From: Tubulanus polymorphus | Lineage: Eukaryota; Animalia; Nemertea | Assembly: GCF_964204645.1 (NCBI RefSeq) | Contig: NC_134025.1 | Location: 18,761,101-18,825,100 of the forward strand | Length of the DNA: 64,000 nucleotides | Reading direction: 5' to 3' | Shown: piece by piece, positions 50,801 through 63,406 of the stretch | Position numbering within the stretch: position 1 is the stretch's first letter | Layout: each line of letters begins with the position of its first letter | The notes under the pieces: model-generated | The model's input: the letters and a program-made list of their open reading frames with translations, nothing else | Databases searched by the model: none | Told to the model about the DNA's origin: nothing | Position numbers and translations under genes: made by a program

Positions 50801-51985
50801 AACTTTGATTGAAATCCGTCATCGGAAATCGGCAACTGCGAATCCCTAGACCTAGACCTAGACCTCCCTGATAACAATGCAGAAATAATCATTAGCTAAA
50901 TAACATTTACTAAAATAATGCAACATCGGCAAAATAATAAGTATAGGCCTATCCACCTCATCTAAAAAATTTCAGTGTGATGCGCAATTCACACGAGGCC
51001 AAAGGAATAAATGCACGGGCTGGCAATCTGGATTGGACATAAGAAAGTTTTGAACGGGGTTCGTACAGTTGGGGGTCACTGACACTTGACTAAAGACTTG
51101 TAAACAAAAGGTGAAAGCGTAACAACACACTTCGTCTACTCTTAGACTAGAGCAGGCCTAGAATCACGACGAAAAATGAAAAACCGCAATGAATTTGTTG
51201 CACACATACAGTGGATATCATCGTAGAAATGTTTGACAGACAGCAAGGAAGAAACGAGCCCTAACTTTCTAACAATAATAAGTCAGATTAAAAAATGCAT
51301 ATGCAAGCGATATACAACATATTGATGGCATATGCGCGGAACATACCAATTTAGTGGAGTATCAGCACTGAAGAGAGCTACGTAATGGTTGGCTCGATGT
51401 CAATTCCTCTCCAATTGGTTGAAAGTTTTCCATCACGACTCATGATTGGGTGATCAAAAAGTGGTTAGTCAGTGGTGTACCAGAACTTCGTTTTAAGATG
51501 GCGGCTATGTAGAGGGCGCCATGAGACAATACAGAGAGAACAGAACATTACGACTGTTCGAATAATCACCAACTCTAAGTAAACTGCACACAGACCATCT
51601 TCACCCGTCAAGGGATTCGAACCCACTACGCTAAAGTTGTTCCCCGAACCCCTTGACCCCTCACGAGTCGTTGGAGTCGTTACTAGCCGACCAGAATCCG
51701 GTCGTATCAATCACAGCGCTTGTAACAAACCATCAGTATTTCAATTCAATTCAATTCAATAGATTTATTTGCATAGAATACAATATGTAAACATATATAC
51801 AATCTACACAGGTTAGCAAAGCCAGAAAGGCCGCTTAACGCTAGCACCCATACAAAAAATCAAACAAAGTACCGTAACAAAAATATACACAAATTATACA
51901 AATATGATTAACAAAATGACTCAGCAGAATGTGGATGCGTAATTATTAGACTGCCAGGACCTACATGAAGCTATCACTTTATTCG

Positions 51986-52329
51986 AGGCGTTTTTACGAG
52001 CATCCGATTTTTGCGATCGATCGTAGGAACGCATTTACGAGCACCGATTTTTGCGATCGATTTCACGATCGGCGTTTTTACGAACACGATTTTCCGATCG
52101 ATTTTTGAAATCGACCAACTCGCTCGGCGAGCGATTTGGCGATTTGATTTCCAAGATGGCGGCACCGGGTAGTTCAAAACCATACATTTTTTTCCTCAAC
52201 GTCGCCATATTTATGTCATGTGGTTAGCCAAATCCATCGTCATTTTTACGAACGTTCGATTCGATCGTACGATCGGAGCAAATCGTTCACGAAATCGATC
52301 GCAAAAATCGGATGCTCGTAAAAACGCCT
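51986..52329. mobile_element. Young MITE with perfect 36-bp TIR and 3-bp TSD (Harbinger-like)
   Basis: AGGCGTTTTTACGAGCATCCGATTTTTGCGATCGAT and its exact reverse complement; TCG on both flanks. Confidence 0.85.
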
Positions 52330-52703
52330 TCGGATCTACCAGATTCAGGTTACTCATTTCCGGTTCTCCCGTACGTGTCTCACTGCCGGCAATACTTAAA
52401 ATGCAAACTCGTGTCATTAGGCCTACCCTGCTGAAATGGCGAATGATTGTTTCCTGTTGTTGATCTTGATTATCGATCGCTATCAGTATCAACCCGATTG
52501 ACTGCGTAAAACGACATTTTATCAAAATAGCTTAACACAAAAAGAACTTATGAATTATGAATGATCCGGAGGGCCGTTTTTTATCATTAACTTGACTACG
52601 GATCTAGGTAAAACAAAAGAATTTTATTTTTATCTGTTCCCCGTCGCTCCTTTTTTATTCAGCATATATATGGAAATAAGAACAAATATTTGTAATTTTT
52701 TTA

Positions 52704-53118
52704 CTTTGAACATCTTAATTGCGGTCGCGTGTCTCTGACCCATCTTTGATAATAGATTTAGCAAAATCGAATCTGGAAGATGGGCTTTTTTAACATGTTT
52801 CTAGTTTTTGGCGGCATTTGAAGGTTCATGAAGATATCAAAAAATATAAAAAATTCAGAAAACTCTCAGTTCCCGTTTTTTTATACATAGACTTTGAACA
52901 TTTTAATTGCGGTCGCGTGTCTCTGACCCGTCCTTGATAATAGATTCAGCAAAGTAGAATCTGGAATATGGGCTTTTTTAACATGTTTCTAGTTTTTGGC
53001 GGTATTAGCGAATTAGATCATTTGAAAGATCATACAGATTTCTCTAACATATCAAACATGCAGAAAACTCTCAGTTCCCGTTTTTTAATTAATCGAACAT
53101 CTTTGAATATCTTAATTG
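52704..53118 (-). repeat. About 2 units of the ~195-bp satellite, inverted relative to 55590-57345
   Basis: CTTTGAACATCTTAATTGCGGTCGCGTGTCTCTGAC..GAATCTGGAA.ATGGGCTTTTT..CTCTCAGTTCCCGTTTTTT. Confidence 0.9.
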
Positions 53119-54793
53119 ACAACAGGCGCGCGCCTATTCAATTTCATTATATGGATATGTTACTGACTAATCATATTTGGCCTATAATCAAACCGACATA
53201 GAAACTACATTAATTAACGCGTATTGTGTTACGCCTTTTGATCGAGATAATGAGACAAATTTCGATTGAATTTCAAAGGACACTTTTGCCTTTTGTGCCA
53301 TTTTGAATAGGTTACATACCATTGGTAATTTGCTTTAATCTTACATCGCGTATCTCTAGGTGGTCAGTTTCCGAAATGCAATCGATTTATCAATACTTTG
53401 AATATTATTATTGTCCCTACATTTTTAATAATCATATATCATCCTTATCCACTGATGATTCGGCGTTCCCCAGGATATAAACTCTAATGGCTATGTTCTC
53501 TATTTTTTCAGACACAGCACACAAGAGCTACCCTAGTCAGTAACCTGTCTGTGGTTTAGTTTCACGATCGGATATTTTCACAAACCACAGTCAGGAATGG
53601 GAAGGTCATTTTTGTATGAAATCTTCGTCAGCCAATTTGACTGACGAGTAATTTGCCTGGCATTTCATTGTCTCTTAAGATATCCGTCAAATTTTTGTTG
53701 TAATCGACACACAACAGATTCGTAGTTTGTCTGATACCTATAACAGCTCACCTGACGATCTTAATCCATGTGCAAATCGGCCGTAAAGTGAGAGTAAATT
53801 TCCGTAGAGTCAACAGCTGCCATTTTGAAAATTACTGGAGGTGCTGGCACCTGTGGACTGAGGCCAGGACAACAGCGCAAACTAACGAAGCGAAACGACG
53901 AAATTGAAAAATATTAAGAAATCAACCCTTATTCACATTTTTCTTTTACCAGAATTTATTATTTCATTATTTATAATGGAAAACACGAAGATTTGAAATA
54001 TAGGTTGGAAAACCATCAAAAATAAAAATTGTCGTTTCGTCTTGAAAGTTTTATCTAAATCCTTGTAGGTCCCCTTGTCTTATCATGCCACATGTGCAAT
54101 ACAGAGAAATGGCGGCCAATGGCGAAATTTGTAAGGAAATTAATTAATTTCTCAAAATAATGTTGATTAATCACTCGAAACATACATAGAATTGGATTAT
54201 TTCGAAAGGTACCTGTGTTAGTTTGTGAATTAAGCCATTAATTGTGGACTGAAGTGGATAGAAAGTATATTTTTGAAGTGTTACTTTTTTCAACCGTGTT
54301 TTGGTCCTTGTCATCCCTAACGTTGGTATAAGCCCATCCGATTATAAAAAGCTTACCACCAACGATTAGGTAACTAACTAGAGCTACCCCAGTTACACAT
54401 ACAAACGATTCACTTACGAAAATGTTTCATTATAATTAAATTTGTTCAGTAAATTTTTCAGTAAAAATCCCCCATCTCTTGACTTAGGGTGCAAGTAGAT
54501 CTATGAAAGTGATGTATGCATATAAAGGTATCCAATTTATATATATTCAACTCTATGGTATAGTAAAAGAATATCATAAGCATACTAATTATTGTACAAT
54601 TGAAAAATACTACAAATAAACAGTTCATTATCAAAATTTATCGCACAGCTCAAACCTATCGCAAGTTAAAAAGAGTTATCATACAGTTAAAATTTACACC
54701 AGCATGAATTCATTCTGAAACATTCCAAATGAAAAGTTAATTAATTCTATCAGTTCTAAGAATTTATTTAAAGATTTATCACGACGAAAAGGG

Positions 54794-55536
54794 TTAATTG
54801 TACAGTTCAAATATGTTGCAGGCGCCGACGTGCATCAATGATTTTTGCAAGTCGTCTGTCGTTGCCTTGCCCTCAAGGATACGATGGCAACGTTTCAGGT
54901 GATCCTCCATTGTTTCGAAATTGAATACTTTCAGAAATGCTTGTATGAAAGCTACACTTCTATCACAGGAAATCCTTTTCGGCGTTACAGTATTTTTATA
55001 TCCATATAACGATTTCTCTGCATAACGAAACTGTGACAACCATTGTTCCATCATTACTTGTGTCTGATTGTCAGTTATCATTTCTGCTACTGCCAGGGGA
55101 GTATTTCTACCTGGAACCGGATTTGCCAAAACAATAGCGTGATAAAAATGATCTGGCTTTCCTGGGTCTTTCCGAACTACTGAACCGGTTGCATCGTAAA
55201 ATATTGTATTTTTTGCAGCCACATCATGAAATGCATTTACACCGGCTTCCGAAAACATTATCACGCATGAAGGTAAAACTGATATCGATTGAATATAGCC
55301 TGTTTTCACATTTTCGGCAAAGAAAGGGTCAGCAATAAATTCGTCTTTAAGTTTCACAAGGCTTATGTGCACAGATCGTCGTGCCTTTGCAATTCTAATC
55401 TGGCTTCATGTTGCATGGTTCGGTTTTGGAAGTCAGTGAAACGTCGCCTTTTTTGACGAGGCAGACGAATATTGTCGGCTTTCCTTAATGGTGGTCCTTG
55501 TTCAACCAATTCTGCTGCTCGACTCGGTGGTTCAAC
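54794..55536 (-). pseudogene. NOF-FB/MULE-like DDE transposase, exon 2 (frameshifted, 3'-truncated)
   Basis: GYIQSISVLP..IFYDATGSVV..PLAVAEMIT..W..PKRISCDRSVAFIQAFLKVFN..HVGAC; DATGSV and CDxS resemble the first two catalytic Asp motifs of NOF-like MULE transposases. Acceptor ctttttag at 55537/55538; frameshift at ~55373. Confidence 0.7.
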
Positions 55537-55589
55537 CTAAAAAGTATAAAGTAACGATTCTTTAAATTTTGTGAAAAGAGATGTCATTT

Positions 55590-57345
55590 TTATTGATTAT
55601 CTAACTTTTCGACTTTGCTTTCAAATGATGCATTTTTGATATGTTATCTTTAGATATCTTTATGATCTTTCATACGATATAACTCTCTAAATCCGCCAAA
55701 AACTTGAAACATGTTAAAAAAGCCCATATTCCAAATTCGACTTATCTAATTCTATTGTCAGAGACGTGTCACAGACACGCGACCGCAATTAAGATGTTCA
55801 AAGTCAATTTATTAAAAAACGGGAACTGAGAGGTTTCTGCATTTTTTATATATTATAGAAATCTTTATGATCTTTCATACGATATAACTCTCTAATACCG
55901 CCAAAAACTATAAATACGTTTAAAAAGCCCATATTCCAGATTCGACATATCTAATTCTATTGTCAGAGACAGGTTGAGACACGCGACCGCAATTAAGATG
56001 TTCAAAGTCAATTTATTAAAAAACGGGAACTGAGAGGTTTCTGCATTTTTTATATATTATAGAAATCTGTATGATCTTTCATACGATATAACTCTCTACT
56101 ACCGCCAAAAACTATAAATATGCTTAAAAAGCCCATATTCCAGATTCGACATATCTAATTCTATTGTCAGAGACGTGTCAAAGACAAGCGACCGCAATTA
56201 AGATGTTCAAAGTCAATTTATTAAAAAACGGGAACTAAGAGTTCTCTGGATTTTTCATATTCTTAAGATGTTTTTATGATCTTTCATACGATATAACTCG
56301 CTAATACCGCCAAAACTATAAATATGTTTAAAAAGCCCATATTCCAGATTCGACTTTGCTAAATCTATTGTCAGAGACACGCGACCGCAATTAAGATATT
56401 CAAAGTTAATTCACTAAAAAATGGGAACTGAGAATTTTCTGCATTTTTGATATGTTCTAGAAATCTTCATGATCTTTCAAATGATATAACTTTCTAATAC
56501 CGCCAAAAACTATAAATACGTTTAAAAAGCCCATATTCCAGATTCGACTTTGCTGAATCTATTACCAAAGACACGCGACCGCAATTAAGATGTTCAAAGT
56601 AGATTTATTAAAAAACGGGAACTGAGAGGTTTCTGCATTTTTTTTATTCTTTAGATATCTTTATGATCTTTTATACGATATAACTCTCTAATACCGCCAA
56701 AAACAATAAATACGTTTAAAAAGCCCATATTCCAGATTCGACTTTGCTGAATCTATTACCAAAGACACGCGACCGCAATTAAGATGTTCAAAGTAGATTT
56801 ATTAAAAAACGGGAACTGAGAGGTTTCTGCATTTTTTATATTCTTTAGATATCTTTATGATCTTTCATACGATATAACTCTCTAATACCGCCAAAAACTA
56901 TAAATACGTTTAAAAAGCCCATCTTCCAGATTCGACTTTGCTGAATCTATTACCAAAGACACGCGACCGCAATTTAGATATTTAAAGTTAATTTATTAAA
57001 AAACGGGAACTGAGAGGTTTTTTGTATTTTTGATATGTTCTAGAAATCTTCATGACCTTTCAAATGATATAACTTTCTAATACCGCCAAAAAATATAAAT
57101 ATGCTTAAAGAGCCCATTTTCCAGATTCGACTTATCTAATTCTGTTGTCAGAGACGTGTCAGAGACAAGCGACCGCAATTAAGATGTTCAAAGTCGATTT
57201 ATTAAAAAACGGGAACTGAGAGTTCTCTGGATTTTTTATATTCTCTAGATATCTTCATGACCTTTCAAATTATATAACTCTCTTATAGGCCTACCGCCAA
57301 AAACTATAAACATGTTGAAAATGCCCATATTCCAGATTCGATCTT
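55590..57345 (+). repeat. Tandem satellite array, ~9 units of 193-206 bp
   Basis: GACCGCAATT at 55781, 55986, 56190, 56383, 56577, 56771, 56965, 57171. Confidence 0.95.
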
Positions 57346-57573
57346 CCATTTTTCTTCCCATTTTTTATACATTATCATCATCTTATGATCTTTCGATTGA
57401 CAAAACTCACTAATACGTTGCTAGTAATTGCTCGTGTGCGGGGGCCTTTATACATTGAAAAAGAGCAGCTACAATGTATTACAGAACCCACCAGAAAATG
57501 TTTTGAATTTGGAATTATTCATATTCCACTGAAATAGAAAATTAATTATAATGAATATGACAATTATATTTAC

Positions 57574-57909
57574 CAAATCATGCTCTACAACTTTGTGCAA
57601 AGGACTCTTCAAGACATCCGCATAACTTCTTGTTGGTGAATCTCGCATAACCGAAACTGGTGAAAATTCGTGTTTCTCACTGCAGATGGTGTCGAAATCC
57701 ATATTCCGGTACTGGCAAAAGCGGTAAAGTTTTTGCCTCAACCGATCAGAGTTTTTACAAAATACTGCAAAGCATAGTTCATCCCAAAACTGTTTTTGTC
57801 GGATCCACGTTGGAGATAGTTTCGCTTTCCTTATTTTTTCGGTAACAACGTCAGCATCTAATGTCTGATGAACTGCGTTATTCAGATTTGTTATTCTATT
57901 ACGTCCCAT
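57574..57909 (-). CDS. Putative exon 1 of the NOF-like transposase gene
   Basis: ATG at 57909, 112 open codons (MGRNR...VVEHDL), donor TTG|gtaaat in phase 0, compatible with the acceptor at 55537. Confidence 0.5.
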
Positions 57910-58834
57910 GATTTCGTTGACGAATTAATCATTTATCCTCGCAAAGTTTGTTCGAAAATGATGTTAAATCACAATCGCACGGAAGATATTTCATAAGATG
58001 AAAAACATATACGTTAGTTCACATAAATTTCGAATATCCACAAATGTTTGTACGACAATGAAGTAAACTCAAAATCGAACGGAGGTAAAACTTTTTCAAT
58101 TAAAATGTAATATATATATAATATATAAAACGCTGTTGTTGATCGTATGGAATCAAAAAGGTTTGTGTAAGGTCGAGCCAGTGTTACTCGATTTTATAAG
58201 GGGTATTCTAGGTCCACGTCGATAAGCCTGACACTCGGATCGAGCCGATTCTTTAATTGCTCATTATCAAATTTTACATTTAGATGTAATTAAGATTAGA
58301 ATTGAAAGAAAACGTCGTCGTTCACGACACTTATTTTAGACTGATGTTGTGTGAACTATTGTTAATGATGTGTAACAAAGAACCTGCTGGCAGTTTCGGT
58401 TTCAGCACCATCCACAAACAAGCAAAACAAAAGCAAACAAAATTTAAAACGTAAACTCAGACCATATCTCACCTCCGCCTATATCCATCAATGTAATAAC
58501 CCTAATTGTTATAATTGCTCACTCTCCTGAACCCTCTAGCTTACTCATATAAACTCTCCTGAAATTATCAAAAATCATCAACTCTTATGTCCTTCCCCTT
58601 TGTTTCTTCATTTCCCTTTCGTTTTTTCCCTGGGTGCTTGCGACAGCGGCCTAAAGGGCTTTGCTTGGCCCACATTGAAAGCTACTGTTCTCTCTCTCTT
58701 TTTATAATTGTGCTTTTTTTTTTAAATTGTAAATTTCATTGTTTGTTTTCTCTCAACCTGTGTACCTGTCATGCTTTCTGTGAAATAAATTCGAACTTGA
58801 ACCGCATACAACACGGGCCGAAAGCATCCGTAGA

Positions 58835-59853
58835 ATCACTGGTATCAGTGGTATCGGGGTAGCAGTAGTATTACCGTCCTCTTGAAGGATTGGGCAGTAT
58901 CACTGGTATCAGCGGTATCGGGGTAGCATCACCGGTCTCGGAGAGGATCGGACAGTATCACTGGTATCAGTGGTGTCGGAGTAGCAGTAGTATCATCGGT
59001 CCCGGAGAGGATCGGGCAGTATCACTGGTAACAGTGGTATCGGGGTAGCAGTAGTATCACCAGTCTCCAGAAGGATCGGACAGTATCAATGGTAACAGTG
59101 GTATATCACCGATCTCCAGAAGGATCGGGCAGTATCACCAGTATCAGTGGTATCGGGGTATCAGTAGTATCAACGGTCTCGGAGAGGATCGGACAGTATC
59201 ACTGGTATCAGTGGTGGGGGTATTAGTAGTATCACTGTCCTCTTGAAGGATTGGCCAGTATCACTGGTATTAGTGGTATCGGGGTATCAGTAGTATCACT
59301 GGTCTCGGAGAGGATCGGGCTGTATCACTGGTATCAATGGTATCGGGTATCAGTAGTATCACCGGTCTCCTGAAGGATCGGGCAGAATCACCGGTATCAG
59401 TGGTATTGGGGTAGCAGTAGTATCACCGGTCTCCAGAAAGATCGGACAGTATCACTGGTATCAGTGGTATCGGGGTAGCAGTAGCATCACTGGTCTCGGA
59501 GAGGATCGGGTAGTATCACTGGTAACAGTGGTATCGGGGTAGCAGTAGTATCATGGTCTCGGAGAGGATCGGGTAGTATCACTGGTATCAGTGGTATCGG
59601 GGTATCAGTAGTATCAACGGTCTCGGAGAGGATCGGGTAGTATCACTGGTATCAGTGGTATAGGGGTATCAGTAGTACGTATCACCGGTCTCGGAGAGGA
59701 TCGGACAGTATCAGCGGTATCGGGGTATCAGTAGTATCACCGGTCTCGGAGAGGATCGGACAGTATCACCAGTATCAGTGGTACGGGGTAGTAGTAGTAT
59801 CACCGATCTCCAGACAGTGTCACTAGTAACACCGTGGTATCGGGGTAGCAGCA
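58835..59853 (+). repeat. Minisatellite, ~64-bp unit, ~16 copies
   Basis: Consensus CAGTATCACTGGTATCAGTGGTATCGGGGTAGCAGTAGTATCACCGGTCTCGGAGAGGATCGGR, built from ~9-bp GTATCA sub-repeats. Confidence 0.95.
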
Positions 59854-60048
59854 CAGTCAAACCTCGTATCAAAGAAGTTCTTGGGACAAAATAAAAACGT
59901 CGTCGTATCCGATATTTCGTTGTAAACGATCCCGTTAAAATCGATGAAAATTTAAGAAAGTAACGACTTTTTTGCGCCGGACACGGAAATTTGTTCGTTT
60001 AAACCGACATTTCGTTATTAAAGATCTCGTTGTAACGAGGTTTGACTG
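59854..60048. mobile_element. Tc1/mariner-pogo-like MITE inserted into the last minisatellite unit
   Basis: TIR CAGTCAAACCTCGT / ACGAGGTTTGACTG; right TA intact, left reads CA; satellite sequence resumes after it (TAGTATTAC). Confidence 0.75.
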
Positions 60049-61259
60049 TAGTATTACAGTGGAATTTTTATCGGTGGTACATGTATTTATTTTCCAGCGT
60101 TGCAAAATTTGGTTTCATTTTTTTGGTGCGCCGTATCCACTGCCTGGTAATACTCTCCGTACTTAGTTTTTGGACTATGAATAGTACATAGCAGCTAAGG
60201 ATCAGGAAGATTTGTTGAAGGCGTATCAAATTCACTAACTTTAGCGGGTAACTCGTATGAGGTATGGAGGGATCTATTGAATTCAGATAGAATTAGCAAC
60301 AAAATTCCGGATTGTGTCATATCACTTTATTTTGCAATGTATCGGATTTAATTGCATACAAGACTTTTCACACAGAATAATCTATTTGCTTATATTTGAA
60401 AGAGCATCACCTCCATCTTGTATCCAATTACAAGCATTCAGAGCATTAGTTAAAAATAATCCTTAATCTTTCAAAATGTATAGATGTAGCCAACATATTT
60501 TAATCAAAATATTATACTCTACTTACATACATACAGTACATACAAAGCTTAATTAACATAACCACACGTGCGCTGTGAAGATCAACTAGATTAATTAAAA
60601 AAAAATTAGTTAAGTCACAAGTCACTCACTAATTAGTGTTTCTCAATTTTAAACAGCCTAATTAAGTATATTGTAAACATACATATGCATTAATAAACCA
60701 ATATCAAGATTGCAGAGTAAGACTACGTAGAATAAATCATTGCTATTATGTACAGTATACATGTATGATACAATAATTACCTGAGAAATATAATCACCAA
60801 TGAAGTCATACAACACAAAAATATGAAAAGCATACAACACAGAAATGTATCAGATCATCACAGATCATCACAGTTTTTATAACATCGAATGAACTACCAT
60901 TGACAACAACTCAGCCTTAGTGGTTTTGAAAATAGTTCACCAATTGACTATCGGCTGCGTAAATAGAAGGTCCATCAAAATACCTATTTGTGAAATTCAA
61001 CAACTTAAGTGTTATACTATGTTGACCAGCACTGAGTAAGGCGGACGCAACTGTACACATATGGATGAAGAGTATAATTTGGTAACGTAAAAATCCCTCC
61101 TAGGTAAAAGTAATCCCCCCAAATTTGATTTCACAGCAAAATTCAATGAAATACTTCAATATTCTTTAGTTGAAAAACTTTTATAGTTTTTGCAAAAATT
61201 TCCAATTTTCCCTGGTGTTTTTCACATTCACCTGGGATAATCTGTGACTTTTACCGGTG

Positions 61260-62635
61260 CAGTAAAAACCCCCTTTGTAAAAATCCCCAATTCTTCAAAG
61301 TAGGTAAAAATCCCCCTCCTTCTGAATGTAGTTTAAGTAGATACAATCTTAAGGTCAATCAATTCATATTTACCGGTATTTCATATTTATAATACACATA
61401 TCCAATTTATTATTGTGGAACATCATAAGAATATCATGAGCATACAAACTATTGCATATACTATTTGAATTAAAACATACTACAAATTAAAAATTCATTA
61501 ATACTAAATTAGTACTCAAAAGTTATCACACAGCTTAATGAAAGGGTTCATAGCACTTTTCAAATATATTACACTACCTTGAAACTAAAATATCTAGAAT
61601 TAAAAGTTCACTATTGCTTATAATTCATGGGCATTGAACTGCTCAAATATACCACATTGTCAACTAGAGTTCACAGTTCAAAAATAATCCTGTTCGAATT
61701 TTAAGATATTACAAATAATTTCTTATTATTCAGCTAGTTACAGTATAGTTACATACATTGGATGAAGTACATAATTCCTATTAATTCTAACAATTTATTT
61801 TATTCTAAGAGTTTACTTAACAATTTATCCCAACGAAAGATTCCATTGCAACACATTTCAGTCTCATTGCAAATGAACAAAATTGGAGAAATATTTGCTC
61901 TGAAATATTCTTCTTGAAAATCACCGTGGGGGATTTTTTGCCTTGTGGAAAATCTCCAAGGTAAAAATCCCCTTGGTAAAAATCCCCAATTCTTCAAAGT
62001 AGGTAAAAGTCCCCCTTTTTCTGAACGTAGTAAAAGTAGATACAATCTTTAGGTCAATTAATTCATATTTATTGATACATATATCCAATAAATTCATATT
62101 TTACTGTTGAAAACCTTAAGGATATCATGAGCATACAAACTAAAATATACACTATTTGAATTAAAACATACTACAAATTAACAGTGCATTAATACTAAAG
62201 TAGTACCGTTATTATTAGTACGCAGTTAGTTATCGCAGTCATTGAAAGGGTTCATCGCACATTTCAAATGCATTACACTAGCTTAAATCTATATCTAGAA
62301 TTAAAAGTTCGTTATTGCTCATAATTCATGGCATCGCGCAGCTCAAATATACCACAAGTTAACAAGAGTTCACAGGTCAAAGATATTCCAATTCGAATTT
62401 AAAGGTATTACAAATAAAAGTTTATCATTCTTATCAATTCTAACAATTTATTGAAATCTAAGAGTTTACTTAAGAATTTATCGAAAGATTTCATTGCACA
62501 TTTCAAACATATTTCAGTCTCATTGCAAATTAATAAAATTGGAGTAACATTTTGCTTTGAAATGTTTTTGAAAATGGGGATTTTTACCCACTTTGAATAT
62601 TTGGGGATTTCTACCTAGAAGTTTTTTTTACCATA
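61260..62635. mobile_element. Two tandem ~690-bp units with inverted GTAAAAATCCCC/GGGGATTTTTAC ends; decayed relative at ~54460-54790
   Basis: 61262-61945 and 61960-62635 are colinear; 62576-62635 is the reverse complement of the unit start (GGTAAAAATCCCC..TTCAAAGTAGGTAAAA.TCCCC). Confidence 0.7.
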
Positions 62636-62730
62636 GTGTACACATGGCTGTATGCTGTTCTACTGGACTTGGAGTACTCGCGGCTAGACTTATTATTCCA
62701 AGACTGGACGACGCAAGTCGTGCTTTCGAT

Positions 62731-63406
62731 GGGTCCATACCAATGTTCCCCGGGTCCTATGTTTCCCCAAGGGAAATTAAACATAAAAGGGGTTCTATAT
62801 TCCCCGGATCCGATATTCCTGGAAGATTATGGAAAATGTATAAAAAGGTCCTTTGTTCCCATGGCCACATACACTCAATTTCGGCGCCGGGAATTCAGAG
62901 CATGATAACGCGCCAGGCTGCCGAGCCTGAAATGCAACCAATGAGTCGATGTGGAAATCGGCACTACATGTATCTTTATCTTTATCTTTATCCTATTAAA
63001 TGAAAATTAACGACATAAAACACAATTAAAAATCTCCCGGGCTAGTCTCAAAGCCTTTTTAAAGTCTGACGTAACTACTGAATAAATTACCTGATCGATC
63101 GATTAATTGTCATCTCGAATTTCTCTCGTTCAGTTCTGGCGTTTGCAAAAAATAAAAGCACCTTGTCTGTATCAAATTTATAGCATCTAGCAAATACATG
63201 ATATGATTGATGGACTATTATTAAAAAGCATAGGTATGGACACCTCCGGTCAACCTTTTTATTATTTGGAGAATATATGGAACCCTCGTTGTATTATTTC
63301 CTTTGGGAGAATATAGAACCCGGGGAATATAGGACCCGGGGAACATGGAACCCGGGGAATATAGGGCCCGGGGAACATAGAACCTGGGAATCTAGGGGTG
63401 ACCCCC
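62731..63406. mobile_element. Non-autonomous MULE-like element with arms of ~16-bp tandem repeats
   Basis: Left ATGTTCCCCGGGTCCT units, right AGGACCCGGGGAACAT units; degenerate 9-bp TSD gctttcgat/cctttcgac. Confidence 0.65.

Noticed and set aside
31005-51630. tRNA genes at the B-box motifs (31120, 36570, 36900, 46470, 46770, 51615)
   Set aside because: No complete cloverleaf can be folded; they sit in SINE or TIR contexts.
58835-59853. CRISPR-like array
   Set aside because: Units are contiguous tandem copies with no unique spacers, there are no cas genes, and the context is eukaryotic.
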